From an uncultured Alphaproteobacteria bacterium (GTDB taxonomy: Bacteria > Pseudomonadota > Alphaproteobacteria > Rhodobacterales > Rhodobacteraceae), in assembly GCA_963798765.1 (NCBI GenBank), contig CAWCUP010000020.1:262043-326042 (forward strand): DNA of 64,000 nucleotides, in the 5' to 3' direction. The translations under genes and the position numbers were made by a program. Positions 1 to 10,839 of the stretch are shown here, one piece after another (within the stretch, counting starts at the first letter, position 1; every line of letters starts with the position of its first letter). The notes under the pieces were generated by a model that saw only the letters and a list, made by a program, of their open reading frames with translations, was not told where the DNA came from and ran no database searches.

Positions 1-1830
1 ATGGCCGGGGAGCCGGAGCTGACGGTCGCCTATTCGGTGGATCCGCCGGGCATGGGGTCGAATTCGATGCGGCTGCCGCAGATCACGCGGCGGATGACGC
101 GCGACGAGGTCATGCTGGCGCGCGGCACCGCGGATTCCTACGCGCTCCGGATGCGATACCATTCCGACGCGACCCATGCGCGCTACGCCCCGAGCGGCGA
201 GCAGGCCTCGGCGCTTTTCGAGGCGATGGAGACGGCGCGCTGCGAGGCGGTGGGCGCGCGGGCGATGCCGGGGACGGCCGGGAACATCGACGCGCGGATC
301 GCCGACGAGGCGAAACGCATGGGCTATGCCGGGATCACCGAGGCCGAGAAGGCGCCGATGGCGCAGGCGGCGGGGTATCTCGTGCGGCATCTGGCGACGG
401 GGCGCGACCTGCCGGCGGGCGCGCGCAACGTGATGGATCTCTGGCGCGGGCATCTGGAGGAGAAGGCCGGCGGTACGCTGGACGGACTCGACGACGTGCT
501 CGCGGACCAGCAGGCCTTCGCGCGGTTCGCGCGCCAGGTGATCGAGGATCTGGGCTACGGCGAGCAGCTCGGCGAGGACCCCGACGCCGACGAGATGGAG
601 GACGAGTCCGAGGACGGCGGCGAGGAGGAGACCGGGGAGGAGCAGGAGGGCGGCGAATCGGACGATTCCGACGATCAGCAGGAAAGCTCGGACGAGGCGC
701 CTTCGGAGCAGAGCACCGACACGCGAGAGATGACGGCCGCGCTCGAGGACGCGGCGGAGGCCGATCTCGCCGAGGAGGCCGAGGCGCAGGAGGGCGAGCG
801 GCCCGACGAGCGGCCTCTGCCGCCGCACTCGGACGCGGATCCGGCGTACAGGGTCTACGAGACGAAATTCGACGAGGAGATCGGCGCGGCGGATCTGGCC
901 GATCCGGCGGAGCTGGAGCGGCTGCGCGCCTATCTCGACCAGCAGCTGGAGCCGCTCAAGGGCGCGGTGTCGCGGCTGGCCAACAAGCTTCAGCGCAGGC
1001 TTCAGGCGCAGCAGAACCGGTCCTGGGAGTTCGATCTGGAGGAGGGCACGCTGGACGCCGGGCGGCTGGCGCGGGTGGTGTCGAACCCGATGACGCCGCT
1101 GAGCTTCAAGCGCGAGCGCGACACCGAGTTCCGCGACACGGTGGTGACGCTGCTTCTGGACAATTCCGGCTCGATGCGCGGACGGCCCATCTCCATCGCG
1201 GCGATCTGCGCCGACGTTCTGGCGCGGACGCTGGAGCGGTGCCAGGTCAAGGTCGAGATCCTCGGTTTCACGACGCGGGCCTGGAAGGGCGGACAGAGCC
1301 GCGAGGCCTGGCTGGCGGCGCACCGGCCCGCCCTGCCCGGCCGGCTGAACGATCTGCGGCACATCGTCTACAAGAGCGCCGAGGCGCCGTGGCGGCGCGC
1401 GCGGCCCAATCTGGGGCTGATGATGAAGGAGGGGCTGCTCAAGGAGAACATCGACGGCGAGGCGCTGGAATGGGCGCATCGGCGGCTGATGGCGCGGCCC
1501 GAATCGCGGCGCGTGCTGATGGTGATCTCCGACGGCGCGCCGGTGGATGACAGCACGCTGTCGGTGAACCCGGCGAGCTATCTGGAGAAGCATCTTCGCG
1601 ACGTGATCGCGATGGTCGAGCGGCGGCGCGCGGTCGAACTGGTCGCGATCGGCATCGGGCATGACGTGACGCGGTATTACGACCGGGCGGTGACGATCAC
1701 GGATGTGGAACAGCTGGCCGGGGCGATGACCGAGCAGCTGGCGGCGCTGTTCGACAACGATCCGATGGCGGCGTCACGCGGCGCGCGGCGGCGCGGACGC
1801 CGGGGGATCAGCGGCGGCGCGGGCGGCTGA
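1..1830 (+). CDS. cobT: Cobaltochelatase subunit CobT (probably 5'-truncated by the window edge)
   Basis: Acidic linker followed by a vWA domain ([36 protein letters not shown]). The ORF opens at what looks like an internal Met. Confidence 0.93.
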   Translation: MAGEPELTVAYSVDPPGMGSNSMRLPQITRRMTRDEVMLARGTADSYALRMRYHSDATHARYAPSGEQASALFEAMETARCEAVGARAMPGTAGNIDARIADEAKRMGYAGITEAEKAPMAQAAGYLVRHLATGRDLPAGARNVMDLWRGHLEEKAGGTLDGLDDVLADQQAFARFARQVIEDLGYGEQLGEDPDADEMEDESEDGGEEETGEEQEGGESDDSDDQQESSDEAPSEQSTDTREMTAALEDAAEADLAEEAEAQEGERPDERPLPPHSDADPAYRVYETKFDEEIGAADLADPAELERLRAYLDQQLEPLKGAVSRLANKLQRRLQAQQNRSWEFDLEEGTLDAGRLARVVSNPMTPLSFKRERDTEFRDTVVTLLLDNSGSMRGRPISIAAICADVLARTLERCQVKVEILGFTTRAWKGGQSREAWLAAHRPALPGRLNDLRHIVYKSAEAPWRRARPNLGLMMKEGLLKENIDGEALEWAHRRLMARPESRRVLMVISDGAPVDDSTLSVNPASYLEKHLRDVIAMVERRRAVELVAIGIGHDVTRYYDRAVTITDVEQLAGAMTEQLAALFDNDPMAASRGARRRGRRGISGGAGG

Positions 1831-2095
1831 GCCAGAGGAGTCCCGCCAGGACCAGGAGCGTCGCCGCGATCGGGATCGCAGAGAGCCAGCCCATGGCGGG
1901 CCTCGCGGACGCGACCGCCGTCCCGAACCGTGTCGGCCAGTTTTCCGCGAGCGCCTGGCCGAAGGTGGTGAACCGGTAGGCGTATCCTTGGCCGATGGTT
2001 GACTGCCAGTCGGCGGCGGCCTGCCACAGCCCGAGTCCGAGCAGGATGAGGATCAGGGTGATGCGCAAAGCCGATGCCGCTCCGTGCCGATTCAA
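1808..2095 (-). CDS. Small membrane protein, unknown function (true start may be TTG at 2068)
   Basis: Two hydrophobic segments and protein-like composition; overlaps the cobT 3' end by 23 nt. Confidence 0.6.
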   Translation of the reverse strand: MNRHGAASALRITLILILLGLGLWQAAADWQSTIGQGYAYRFTTFGQALAENWPTRFGTAVASARPAMGWLSAIPIAATLLVLAGLLWLSRPRRR

Positions 2096-2175
2096 CTTTC
2101 GCGAGCATAGCGCCGATTGACCCCGACCGCAAAGCGTCGGTAGATCCCGGCGCCCCGAGAAATGGACCCGCCGAC

Positions 2176-3960
2176 ATGTTTCAGGAATTCCGCCAGAGAA
2201 CGACGCCCGACGAGGGAGCGGCGCGGCTGCGCGCGCTGCGCGACGGGATGGCCCGCGCCGGGGTGGACGGGTTTCTGGTGCCCCGCGCCGACGCGCATCA
2301 GGGCGAGAACGTGCCGGCGCGGGACGAGCGGCTGGCTTGGCTGACCGGCTTCACCGGCTCGGCGGGGCTCGCGGTGGTCACGGCGGATAGGGCGGCTCTG
2401 TTCGTGGACGGTCGCTACCGGCTTCAGGTCCGCGACCAGATCGACCTGAGCCAGTTCACCGCGATGCGTCACCCGGAGGACAGGCCGGGAGATTTTCTGG
2501 CCGAGACGCTGGTGTCGGGCCGGAAGGTCGGCTTCGATCCCTGGCTGCATACGGCGTCCGAGGTCGAGACATTGACCAAGGCGCTGGAGCCGCGCGGAGT
2601 GGAGCTGGTTCCGGTCGCGAACCTTGTCGACGCGATCTGGGCCGATCAGCCCGACCCGCCATCCGGTCCGATCGTTTCTCATCCGGAGGAGTTCGCGGGA
2701 CGGAGCGCGGCGGACAAGCGCGCGGCGCTGGCGCTCGATCTGGAGAGCGCGGACCTGTCGGCGGCGGTGCTGACGTTGCCCGCCTCCATCGCCTGGCTCC
2801 TGAACGTGCGCGGCTCGGACATCGCGCGGGTGCCCGTGCCGCTGGCCTTCGCCATCCTCCATTCGGACGCGAGGGTCGATCTGTTCACCGATCCGGCGAA
2901 GACGGCGGGCGTCGATCTCGGGGCCGGCGTGCGCGTGGCGCCTGCGGACGTGTTCGCGGCGGCGCTCGCCGCGTTGGAAGGTCGCGTGGCGGTGGACCGC
3001 GACAGCGCGCCCTGGGCCGTGTCGCAAGCCGTGACTGCCGAGGTGGTCTGGACCCGTGACCCGTGCCTCCTCCCGAAAGCCTGCAAGACCGACGCCGAGA
3101 TCGCGGGGGCCGCGTCCGCCCATCTGCGCGACGGGGCGGCGATGGCGCGGTTCCTGGCCTGGCTGGAGCGGACGGCGCCGGAGGGCGGACTGACCGAGAT
3201 CGACGTGGTGACGCGGCTTGAGGAATTCCGCGTCGATACCGGCGCGCTCCGCGACATCTCGTTCGAGACGATCTGCGGCGCGGGACCGAACGGGGCAATC
3301 GTACATTACCGAGTGACGGAGCGCAGCAACCGCCAAGTCGCGCCGGGCGAGCTGCTCCTGATCGACAGCGGCGGGCAATATCCCGACGGCACGACCGACA
3401 TCACGCGGACGGTGGCGGTCGGGCCGGTCCCTCTGGAGGCGCGGCGGCCCTTCACGCTGGTGCTCAAGGGGCTGATCGCGATGACGCGGCTGGTCTGGCC
3501 GGTCGGGCTCGCCGGGCGCGATCTCGACGCGATCGCGCGGTCGGCTCTCTGGGCGGCGGGGCTCGATTACGATCACGGGACGGGTCACGGGATCGGCGCG
3601 TATCTCGACGTGCACGAGGGGCCGCAGGGGATTTCGCGGCGGTCGGCGGAGCCGCTGAAGCCGGGCATGATCCTTTCGATCGAACCGGGATATTACCGCG
3701 AGGGCGCGTTCGGCATCCGCAGCGAGAACCTCGCCTTCGTGCGCGCGGCCGCCGTGCCCGATGGCGGCGAGCGCGAGATGCTCGGCTTCGAGACGCTGAC
3801 GCTGGCGCCCTTCGACCGGGCGTTGATCGACGCGGATCTGCTGGAGCCGGGCGAGCGGGCCTGGCTCGACGTCTATCACGCGCGCGTGGCGGCGGCGCTG
3901 GTCCCGCTGGTGGACGAGCAGACGGCGCGATGGCTGGCGCGGGCCTGCGCGCCGCTCTGA
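2176..3960 (+). CDS. Aminopeptidase P family (M24B) Xaa-Pro aminopeptidase
   Basis: Motifs WLTGFTGSAG, DSGGQYPDGTTDITRT, HGTGHGIG and EPGYYREGAFGIRSEN. Start placed at MFQEF (2176). Confidence 0.93.
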   Translation: MFQEFRQRTTPDEGAARLRALRDGMARAGVDGFLVPRADAHQGENVPARDERLAWLTGFTGSAGLAVVTADRAALFVDGRYRLQVRDQIDLSQFTAMRHPEDRPGDFLAETLVSGRKVGFDPWLHTASEVETLTKALEPRGVELVPVANLVDAIWADQPDPPSGPIVSHPEEFAGRSAADKRAALALDLESADLSAAVLTLPASIAWLLNVRGSDIARVPVPLAFAILHSDARVDLFTDPAKTAGVDLGAGVRVAPADVFAAALAALEGRVAVDRDSAPWAVSQAVTAEVVWTRDPCLLPKACKTDAEIAGAASAHLRDGAAMARFLAWLERTAPEGGLTEIDVVTRLEEFRVDTGALRDISFETICGAGPNGAIVHYRVTERSNRQVAPGELLLIDSGGQYPDGTTDITRTVAVGPVPLEARRPFTLVLKGLIAMTRLVWPVGLAGRDLDAIARSALWAAGLDYDHGTGHGIGAYLDVHEGPQGISRRSAEPLKPGMILSIEPGYYREGAFGIRSENLAFVRAAAVPDGGEREMLGFETLTLAPFDRALIDADLLEPGERAWLDVYHARVAAALVPLVDEQTARWLARACAPL

Positions 3961-3967
3961 GCGGGCG

Positions 3968-5617
3968 TCAGACCTCGGCCAGGGCGCGGGCGGCGGCTCG
4001 GGCCTCGTCGGTGACGGTGTCGCCGGCGAGCATCCGGGCGATCTCCTCGATGCGCGCCTCGGGGCCGAGGCCGGCGACCTCGGTGCGGGTCTCGCCGCGG
4101 GTTACGGTCTTGCCGACGCGCCAGTGATGCGCGCCGCGCGCGGCGACCTGGGGCGAATGCGTGACGACGAGGATCTGGGCGGTCTCGCCGAGCGCCTGGA
4201 GGCGGCGTCCGACCGCGTCGGCGGTGGCGCCTCCGACGCCGCGGTCGATCTCGTCGAAGATCAGCGTCAGGCTTTCGGACCGCGCGCTGAGGCAGACCTT
4301 GAGCGCCAGCAGGAACCGCGACAGCTCGCCGCCCGAGGCGATGCGGTCGATGGGTCCGGTCGCGGCGCCGGGATTGGTCGCGGCGGTGAAGCGCACGCGG
4401 TCGACGCCGTCGGGGCCCGGATCGCCGGGCGCGACCTCGGTGCGGAAGACGGCGCGGCCGAGTTTCAGCGGCGGAAGTTCGGCGGCCATCGCCGCGTCGA
4501 GACGTCCGGCGGCCTCCGTGCGGAGCGCGGTGAGCGCGGCGGCGGCGGCGGCGAAGGCCTCGTCCGCGGCCTTGGCCTCCGCTTCGAGCCGCGAGATGTC
4601 AGCCGCGCCGGATTCGAGCGCGCGCAGACGCGCGCGCAGATCCGCCGCCAGATCAGGCAGCGCGTCGGGCGGAACCTGGTGCTTGCGCGCGGCGGCGCGG
4701 ATCGCGAAGAGACGCTCCTCGACGCGTTCCAGCTCTCCCGGATCACCGTGCAGGCCGTCGAGCGCGGTCTCGACCGCGCTCAGCGCGTCGCCGAGTTCGG
4801 AGAGCGCGCGGCTCGCGCCCTCGATGGCGGGGTCCAGCAGACCGTCCGACTTGGCCGACGCGTCCTCGAGCCAACGCATCGCCTGGATCAGCGGACCCTC
4901 CGCGCCGTCCGGGCCCAGCGCTTCGGCCGCGCGGGTCACGTCCTCGCGGATGCGCTCCGCCGCCTGGAGCGTTCGGCGGCGGGCGTCGAGCTCCGGCTCC
5001 TCGCCGGGCTGCGGGTCGAGCTTGTCGAGCTCCGCCACGGCGTGGGCGAGGTAATCGGCGTCGCGGGCGGCGCGCTCCAGCTCCGCGCGGGCGGCGTCGA
5101 GCGCCTTGGCGGCCTCCGCGCGGGCGGTCCACGCGGCGCGGACGGCGCCGACCGGCGCGGGATCGCCGAGATAGGCGTCGAGCAGCGCGCGGTGGCCCTT
5201 CGGGTCGAGAAGGCCCCGATCGTCCTGCTGGCCGTGCAGTTCCACGAGCGTGTCCGAGAGGCCGCGCACCGTCTCGGCGGTGACGCGGCGGTCGTTGATC
5301 CAGGCCTGGCGGCGTCCGTCGGCGCCGGTGACGCGGCGCAGGATGAGATCGTCCTCGACCGGAAGACCCGCCTCAGCGAGCAGCGCGCGGGCGGGATGCC
5401 CCGGCTCGAGACGGAACCCGGCGGTGACCTCGCCCTGATCCGCGCCCTCGCGCACGAGCCCGGAGCGCGTGCGCCAGCCGAGCACGAAACCGAGCGAGTC
5501 GAGCAGGATGGATTTGCCGGCGCCGGTCTCCCCGGTCAGGACGTTGAGACCGGGGCGGAACTCGAGATCGGCCGCCTCGATCAGCACCATGTCCCGGATC
5601 GAGAGGCTGGTCAGCAT
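3968..5617 (-). CDS. recN: DNA repair protein RecN
   Basis: Walker A TGETGAGKS, signature ASGGELSR, FDEIDRGVGG; lies next to bamD. Confidence 0.97.
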   Translation of the reverse strand: MLTSLSIRDMVLIEAADLEFRPGLNVLTGETGAGKSILLDSLGFVLGWRTRSGLVREGADQGEVTAGFRLEPGHPARALLAEAGLPVEDDLILRRVTGADGRRQAWINDRRVTAETVRGLSDTLVELHGQQDDRGLLDPKGHRALLDAYLGDPAPVGAVRAAWTARAEAAKALDAARAELERAARDADYLAHAVAELDKLDPQPGEEPELDARRRTLQAAERIREDVTRAAEALGPDGAEGPLIQAMRWLEDASAKSDGLLDPAIEGASRALSELGDALSAVETALDGLHGDPGELERVEERLFAIRAAARKHQVPPDALPDLAADLRARLRALESGAADISRLEAEAKAADEAFAAAAAALTALRTEAAGRLDAAMAAELPPLKLGRAVFRTEVAPGDPGPDGVDRVRFTAATNPGAATGPIDRIASGGELSRFLLALKVCLSARSESLTLIFDEIDRGVGGATADAVGRRLQALGETAQILVVTHSPQVAARGAHHWRVGKTVTRGETRTEVAGLGPEARIEEIARMLAGDTVTDEARAAARALAEV

Positions 5618-5639
5618 CGGCGAGGCTCCGGCGGTCGCG

Positions 5640-6503
5640 TCAGCGCCACTTCCCCAGAACGACCTGGCGATAGGTCTGGTTCAGCCAGCTGTCGCCGGTA
5701 TCGGCCGGCCTGAGGCCGCGATCGGTCAGCAGGACGTAGCTGTCGCGATACCAGGTGGAGCCCTGGAAGTTGTAGCCGAGGATCGCGGCGGCGGTCTGCG
5801 CCTCCTCGACGAGACCGAGCGAGAGATAGGATTCCACGAGCCGGTGCAGCGCCTCGGGCGTGTGGGTGGTGGTCTGGTAATCCTCGACCACGACCCGGAA
5901 GCGGTTGATCGCGGCGGTGTAATGGCCGCGGCTCAGGTAGTAGCGCCCGATCTCCATCTCCTTGCCGGCGAGATGGTCGAGCGCGAGTTCGAACTTGAGC
6001 TGCGCCGACTTGGCGTATTCGCTGTCGGGATAGCGCTCGATGATGTCGCGCATCTCCTGAAGCGCCTCGAACGTGTTCGACTGGTCGCGGCCGATATCGG
6101 TGATCTGGTCGTAATAGCTCAGCCCGATCAGGAACTGCGCGTAGGGCGCGTCGACGTCGGCGGGAAAGAAGTCGAGATAGCGCCCGGCGGCGGCGCGGCT
6201 CTCGGCGTAGAGCGCGCCCTCGTGATAGGCGAAGGCCGACATCAGCATCGCCCGCTTGGCCCATTCGGAATAGGGATAGAGCCGCTCGACCTCGGAGAAG
6301 GTCTCTCCGGCCTGGCGCGGCCGTCCGTCCGCCAGAAGCGCCTCGCCGGCGAGGAAGATCTGCTGCGGGGTCTGATCCTCGATGGAGATCTCGGGCTCGC
6401 GCGAGAACGGATTGGACGGAAGATACGAGCAGCCGCCGAGCGTCAGGAGGGCCACGACCGGAACGAGCGCCAGACCGCGATTTGTCGAACGCGCAAATTC
6501 CAT
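5640..6503 (-). CDS. bamD: Outer membrane protein assembly lipoprotein BamD
   Basis: Lipobox LGGC, TPR-like repeats, KEMEIGRYYL and HTPEALHRLVE; lpxC-bamD-recN synteny. Start at 6503 or 6518. Confidence 0.93.
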   Translation of the reverse strand: MEFARSTNRGLALVPVVALLTLGGCSYLPSNPFSREPEISIEDQTPQQIFLAGEALLADGRPRQAGETFSEVERLYPYSEWAKRAMLMSAFAYHEGALYAESRAAAGRYLDFFPADVDAPYAQFLIGLSYYDQITDIGRDQSNTFEALQEMRDIIERYPDSEYAKSAQLKFELALDHLAGKEMEIGRYYLSRGHYTAAINRFRVVVEDYQTTTHTPEALHRLVESYLSLGLVEEAQTAAAILGYNFQGSTWYRDSYVLLTDRGLRPADTGDSWLNQTYRQVVLGKWR

Positions 6504-6627
6504 TCTTCCCTCGGACATTCCCGTCGTCGCCAGACCCCGCCCACCCGGACGGCCGGCCTCAGTTAGCACGGACGTTCGGGAGGCCACAAAGGAAAAGCGC
6601 AGGCCGCGGGGAGCGCCGCGGCGCCGG

Positions 6628-7545
6628 TCAGACCGCCTCGCGCAGGTCCGCGAGCACCGCGCCCGCGCCGGGCAGACGCGCCGCGGCTTCCGCGCCGAGC
6701 GGAACCGTCTCGTAGGCGTCACGGTCGGCGAAAAGCGCCCGCAGAAGGCGGTTCGTGACGCCGTGTCCCGCCCTGACGCCGGAATAGGCGCCGATGATCG
6801 GCGCGCCCGCCAGCGCGAGATCGCCGAGCGCGTCGAGCATCTTGTGGCGCACGAACTCGTCGCGACGGCGCAGACCGCCGGGATTCAGCACCCGCTCGCC
6901 CTCGACAACCACCGCGTTCTCGAGCGACCCGCCCAGGGCGAGACCCGCCGCCTGCATCGCGTCCACGTCGGCGCGGCGGCAGAAGGTCCGGCAGTCGGCC
7001 AGTTCGCGCGCGAAGGCGCCGTTGGCCATGTCGAGCGCCTTGCGCTGGCGGCCGATGGCCCCGTCGGCGAAGTCGATGGCGAAGTCGATCGAGAACCCCT
7101 CGGCGGGGCGGAGCTCGGCGCTGGCCCCGTTCTCCTCGACCCGTACCGGGCGCAGGATCCGGATGGCGCGGGGGGGCGCGTCGAGCTGGCGAAGGCCCGA
7201 CCGGAGGATCTCGGCGGAGAAACGCGCGGCGCTGCCGTCCATGATCGGCACTTCCGGTCCGTCGATCTCGATGACCGCGTCCGTGACCCCGGTGCCGGCG
7301 AGAGCGGCCATCAGATGCTCGACGGTCGAGACCGAGACGCCCGCCTCGTTGGTCAGGCGCGTGCAGAGCGTGGTGTCGCTGACCGCGTCCCAGCGCGCCG
7401 GAACGACGTTGTCACGGTCACGCACGTCGATCCGGTGGAAGCGGACGCCGCCGGCCTCCGCCGGACGAAGAACGAGCCGCGCCGGCCGGCCGGAATGGAG
7501 TCCGGTCCCGACGAGGGAGATCCCGCGTTTGAACGTCTTGCGCAT
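6628..7545 (-). CDS. lpxC: UDP-3-O-acyl-N-acetylglucosamine deacetylase
   Basis: GTGLHSG, STVEHLMAAL, EVPIMDGSA and HKMLDALGDL zinc motifs. Start MRKTFK at 7545. Confidence 0.97.
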   Translation of the reverse strand: MRKTFKRGISLVGTGLHSGRPARLVLRPAEAGGVRFHRIDVRDRDNVVPARWDAVSDTTLCTRLTNEAGVSVSTVEHLMAALAGTGVTDAVIEIDGPEVPIMDGSAARFSAEILRSGLRQLDAPPRAIRILRPVRVEENGASAELRPAEGFSIDFAIDFADGAIGRQRKALDMANGAFARELADCRTFCRRADVDAMQAAGLALGGSLENAVVVEGERVLNPGGLRRRDEFVRHKMLDALGDLALAGAPIIGAYSGVRAGHGVTNRLLRALFADRDAYETVPLGAEAAARLPGAGAVLADLREAV

Positions 7546-7714
7546 GTCAGTCCCCGAAACTCTGCCCCGCCCGCCCGGTTGGCCCGGGCCTAGAGCGTCC
7601 TGTTGCATTGCAATATACGGATCGGGACGGTTTGCGACAAATCAATGATTGTGACCGATTGCAACAATGCGGCGCGGGAAACCGCCGGGTCGCGGCGTTT
7701 CGCGACGCGCCACG

Positions 7715-7745
7715 AAAAAAAGACGCCCGGAACACCGGGCGCCTT
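7715..7745 (-). terminator. Intrinsic terminator after ftsZ
   Basis: Minus strand reads AAGGCGCCCGG-TGTT-CCGGGCGTC-TTTTTTT. The G.U pair and the U-tract only work on the minus strand. Confidence 0.85.
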
Positions 7746-7785
7746 CGATCGGACCAGCCGGCCTCGGACCGGGGAGGAACCGTCC

Positions 7786-9321
7786 TCAGTTGGCCTGCCG
7801 ACGAAGAAATGCCGGGATGTCCACGCGCTCGCGATCCGGATCGTCGTATCCGGTTTCGAGCGCCTGGTCGTCCAGCGGCGCGGCCTGATGCGCCGCGCGC
7901 GGCCTGGCCTGCTCCTCGCGGCCGACCTGGCCCGTCATGCGGTGGATCAGGCTGTTGATCGTCAGGCGGCTCTGCCGCTCGGCGTCGCGATGCGCCGGAG
8001 CCGCGGGGGCGCGGGTCATCGGCGCCGCCTTCGGCACGTTCTGGACCGCCCGCTGGAGACGGCGCAGCGCGTCCGGAGACGGCTCGCCGCCGCGGCGCTC
8101 GTCGCCCTGCTCGATCTTGGGCTGGCCGAAGGGCGCGGTCCGCTGCGTCGGCGCGGGCTGCGGCACCTGGGCCGCCTCGGGCTCGACGAAGAGCTCCTCG
8201 CGGGCCTCGGCGACCTCGGCGTGCCGGTCGGCGAAGGTCGGCGCGCGTTCGCGCTCCATCGCCGGCTCGGGCTGCGGCTCGCGGCGCGGCTCGGCGGGGG
8301 CCGCGACCGGTTCCGAAACCGGCCGATGGGCCACCGGGGCGGTCTCCGACCGCGCGGCGGCGTCGATGCCCGTCGCCACGACCGAGACGCGCATCAGGCC
8401 GTCCATTTCCGGATCGAGCGTCGAGCCGACCATGATGTTGGCCTCCGGATCGACTTCGGAGCGGATGCGGTTCGCGGCCTCGTCGAGTTCGAAGAGGGTC
8501 ATGTCGGGACCGGCGGTGATGTTGATCAGCACGCCCTTGGCGCCCTTGAGGCTGATCTCGTCGAGCAGCGGGTTGGCGATCGCCTTCTCCGCCGCCTGGA
8601 CCGCGCGCTCCTCGCCGGAGGCCTCGCCGGTGCCCATCATCGCCTTGCCCATCTCGTTCATCACCGAGCGCACGTCGGCGAAATCGAGGTTGATGATGCC
8701 GGGACGGACCATCAGGTCGGTCACGCCCTTGACCCCCTGGTAGAGCACGTCGTCGGCCAGCGCGAAGGCGTCGGTGAAGGTGGTCTTCTCGTTGGCCAGC
8801 CGGAAGAGGTTCTGGTTGGGGATGATGATCAGCGTATCGACGTGCTGCTGAAGCTCCTCGACGCCCGCCTCGGCCTGGCGCATGCGGCGCGAGCCCTCGA
8901 ACTGGAACGGCTTGGTCACGACGCCGACGGTCAGCACGCCCATCTCGCGGGCCGCCTTGGCGATGATCGGGGCGGCCCCGGTGCCGGTGCCGCCGCCCAT
9001 GCCGGCGGTGATGAAGCACATGTGGCAGCCCGAGAGCTTCTCGACGATGTCCTCGATGCTCTCCTCGGCCGCGGCCGCGCCCACTTCGGGGCGGGCGCCG
9101 GCGCCGAGACCCTCGGTCACGCGCGCGCCGAGCTGGAGCTTGTTGTTCGAGCGCGAGTTCTGGAGCGCCTGCGCGTCGGTGTTGGCGACGACGAACTCGC
9201 AGCCTTCCAGCGCGTTCTCGATCATGTTGTTGACGGCGTTTCCGCCCGCGCCGCCGACACCGATCACGGTGATCCGGGGGCTGAGGTCGTTCGTCACCGG
9301 GATGCTGAGATTCAAAGCCAT
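7786..9321 (-). CDS. ftsZ: Cell division protein FtsZ
   Basis: [13 protein letters not shown], tubulin signature GMGGGTGTG, long alphaproteobacterial linker, C-terminal [11 protein letters not shown]. Confidence 0.99.
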   Translation of the reverse strand: MALNLSIPVTNDLSPRITVIGVGGAGGNAVNNMIENALEGCEFVVANTDAQALQNSRSNNKLQLGARVTEGLGAGARPEVGAAAAEESIEDIVEKLSGCHMCFITAGMGGGTGTGAAPIIAKAAREMGVLTVGVVTKPFQFEGSRRMRQAEAGVEELQQHVDTLIIIPNQNLFRLANEKTTFTDAFALADDVLYQGVKGVTDLMVRPGIINLDFADVRSVMNEMGKAMMGTGEASGEERAVQAAEKAIANPLLDEISLKGAKGVLINITAGPDMTLFELDEAANRIRSEVDPEANIMVGSTLDPEMDGLMRVSVVATGIDAAARSETAPVAHRPVSEPVAAPAEPRREPQPEPAMERERAPTFADRHAEVAEAREELFVEPEAAQVPQPAPTQRTAPFGQPKIEQGDERRGGEPSPDALRRLQRAVQNVPKAAPMTRAPAAPAHRDAERQSRLTINSLIHRMTGQVGREEQARPRAAHQAAPLDDQALETGYDDPDRERVDIPAFLRRQAN

Positions 9322-9384
9322 TTTCCTGTCCGCCTGTCCTGTTTCGCCTCTTGCGTCCGCGCCCCCGCGCGATCCGCTCGCCTG

Positions 9385-9462
9385 CCCTGTGATTCGAGAA
9401 TGTAACGGAAACTTGCCACAAGGTCACGCGATTTCATGGAAATAACCCCCAAAATCTAGTAG
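9385..9462 (-). promoter_or_regulatory. Probable ftsZ promoter region with a GANTC site
   Basis: AT-rich gap between ftsA and ftsZ. Contains TGATTCG (9390-9396), a candidate GTGACC-17 bp-TACATT on the minus strand and a TTAAC half-site near 9454. Confidence 0.45.
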
Positions 9463-9504
9463 GTTAACACAAGATGGACGCGTTTTTTCGTATTGTTCCA
9501 CTAC

Positions 9505-10839
9505 TTACCAATTCTCCTTAAACCACCGGAGCGCGCGCGTGACGCGGCGCGCCCCGTGGCGGTCCGCCGGCATCTCGAAATCCCAGCATTCGTCCTGCGG
9601 ATGCGACACGTGGAGCGCGAGCCCGACCGCCGTGGCGAAGGCCGAGCCGGTGGCGGATTGCGGCAGACCCTGCACCCGCAGCGGCTTGCCGATGCGGCAC
9701 TGGCGGCCGAGGATGCGCGAGGCGCAGAGCTCGAGACCGGGGATCTGCGCGCTGCCGCCGGTCAGGACGATGCGCTGGCTGGGCAGATACTCGAAGCCGG
9801 ACGCGTCGAGCCGGGCGCGCGCCTCCTCGAAGATCTCCTCGACCCGCGGCCGCATGACGCCGATCAGCTCGGAACGGCTGATCTGGCGGCGGTCGTTGTC
9901 CCAGTCGCCGAGGATCGAGGGCAGCTCGATCATGTCGCGGTCGTCGAGACCGGTGGCGACGAGACCGCCATGCATGGTCTTGAGACGCTCCGCGTCCTGC
10001 ATCGAGACCTGGAGGCCTTGGCAGATGTCGGAGGTGACATGCGCCCCGCCCATACGCACGGCGTCGGCGTAGATCATCTGGCGACGCACGAAGACCGAGA
10101 TGCCGGTCGCGCCCGCGCCCAGGTCGATGCAGGCGGCGCCGAGCTCCTGCTCGTCCTCGACGAGGCTCGCGAGCCCGGAAGCGTAGGACGACACCACGAC
10201 GCCGGCCAGTTCGAGGTCGCAGCGCCGGATGCAGTGGAGCACGTTCCGAAGAGGCGTGGCGCCGATCGTCAGAAGATGCATGTCGACCGCGAGGTTCGAG
10301 CCGACCTGCCCGCGCGGATCGGTCAGACCGGACCGCCGGTCGAGGCAGAAATTGACCGGAAGCGCGTGGATCGCCTCCAGATCGTGTCCGTAATCGGGGA
10401 TCTCGCACGCGGCGAGCACATGACCGATGTCGCGCTCGGCCACCGCGCCGTTCTCGACCTCGGTCTCGCCGGTGACGCCGTAGGACCGGGGCCGCCCGCC
10501 GGCGAAGCTGACGATGACATGGTCGACCCGGAGGCCCGCCATCTTCTGCGCGCCCTGAATGGCGGTCCGCACCGCGCGCTCGCATTCCTCCATCGCCGAG
10601 ATCTCGCCGAAGGTGACGCCGCGCGATCGGGTGTTGGCGGCGCCGATCACCCGGAACGCGCCCTGACGAATGGTCGGGCGGCCGTCCGGCGCGGCCTGGC
10701 CGTCGTCGGGCACGAACTGCAGCACGAGACAGGCGACCTTGGCGGTCCCGATGTCGAGCACCGCGATCACGCCGCGTTTCAGCGCCGCCTCTCGCCGGGC
10801 GCGCATCGCCCTCTGCACCTCGTAAAGTTCGCGCCTCAT
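9505..10839 (-). CDS. ftsA: Cell division protein FtsA
   Basis: LDIGTAKVAC, IDLGAGAT, VLTGGSAQ; lies between ftsQ and ftsZ. Confidence 0.97.
   Translation of the reverse strand: MRRELYEVQRAMRARREAALKRGVIAVLDIGTAKVACLVLQFVPDDGQAAPDGRPTIRQGAFRVIGAANTRSRGVTFGEISAMEECERAVRTAIQGAQKMAGLRVDHVIVSFAGGRPRSYGVTGETEVENGAVAERDIGHVLAACEIPDYGHDLEAIHALPVNFCLDRRSGLTDPRGQVGSNLAVDMHLLTIGATPLRNVLHCIRRCDLELAGVVVSSYASGLASLVEDEQELGAACIDLGAGATGISVFVRRQMIYADAVRMGGAHVTSDICQGLQVSMQDAERLKTMHGGLVATGLDDRDMIELPSILGDWDNDRRQISRSELIGVMRPRVEEIFEEARARLDASGFEYLPSQRIVLTGGSAQIPGLELCASRILGRQCRIGKPLRVQGLPQSATGSAFATAVGLALHVSHPQDECWDFEMPADRHGARRVTRALRWFKENW

Noticed and set aside
560-830. Glu/Asp-rich low-complexity stretch in cobT
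   Set aside because: This is the normal acidic linker of CobT proteins.
7830-8360. Long Pro/Ala/Glu-rich region in ftsZ
   Set aside because: An extended C-terminal linker is standard for alphaproteobacterial FtsZ.
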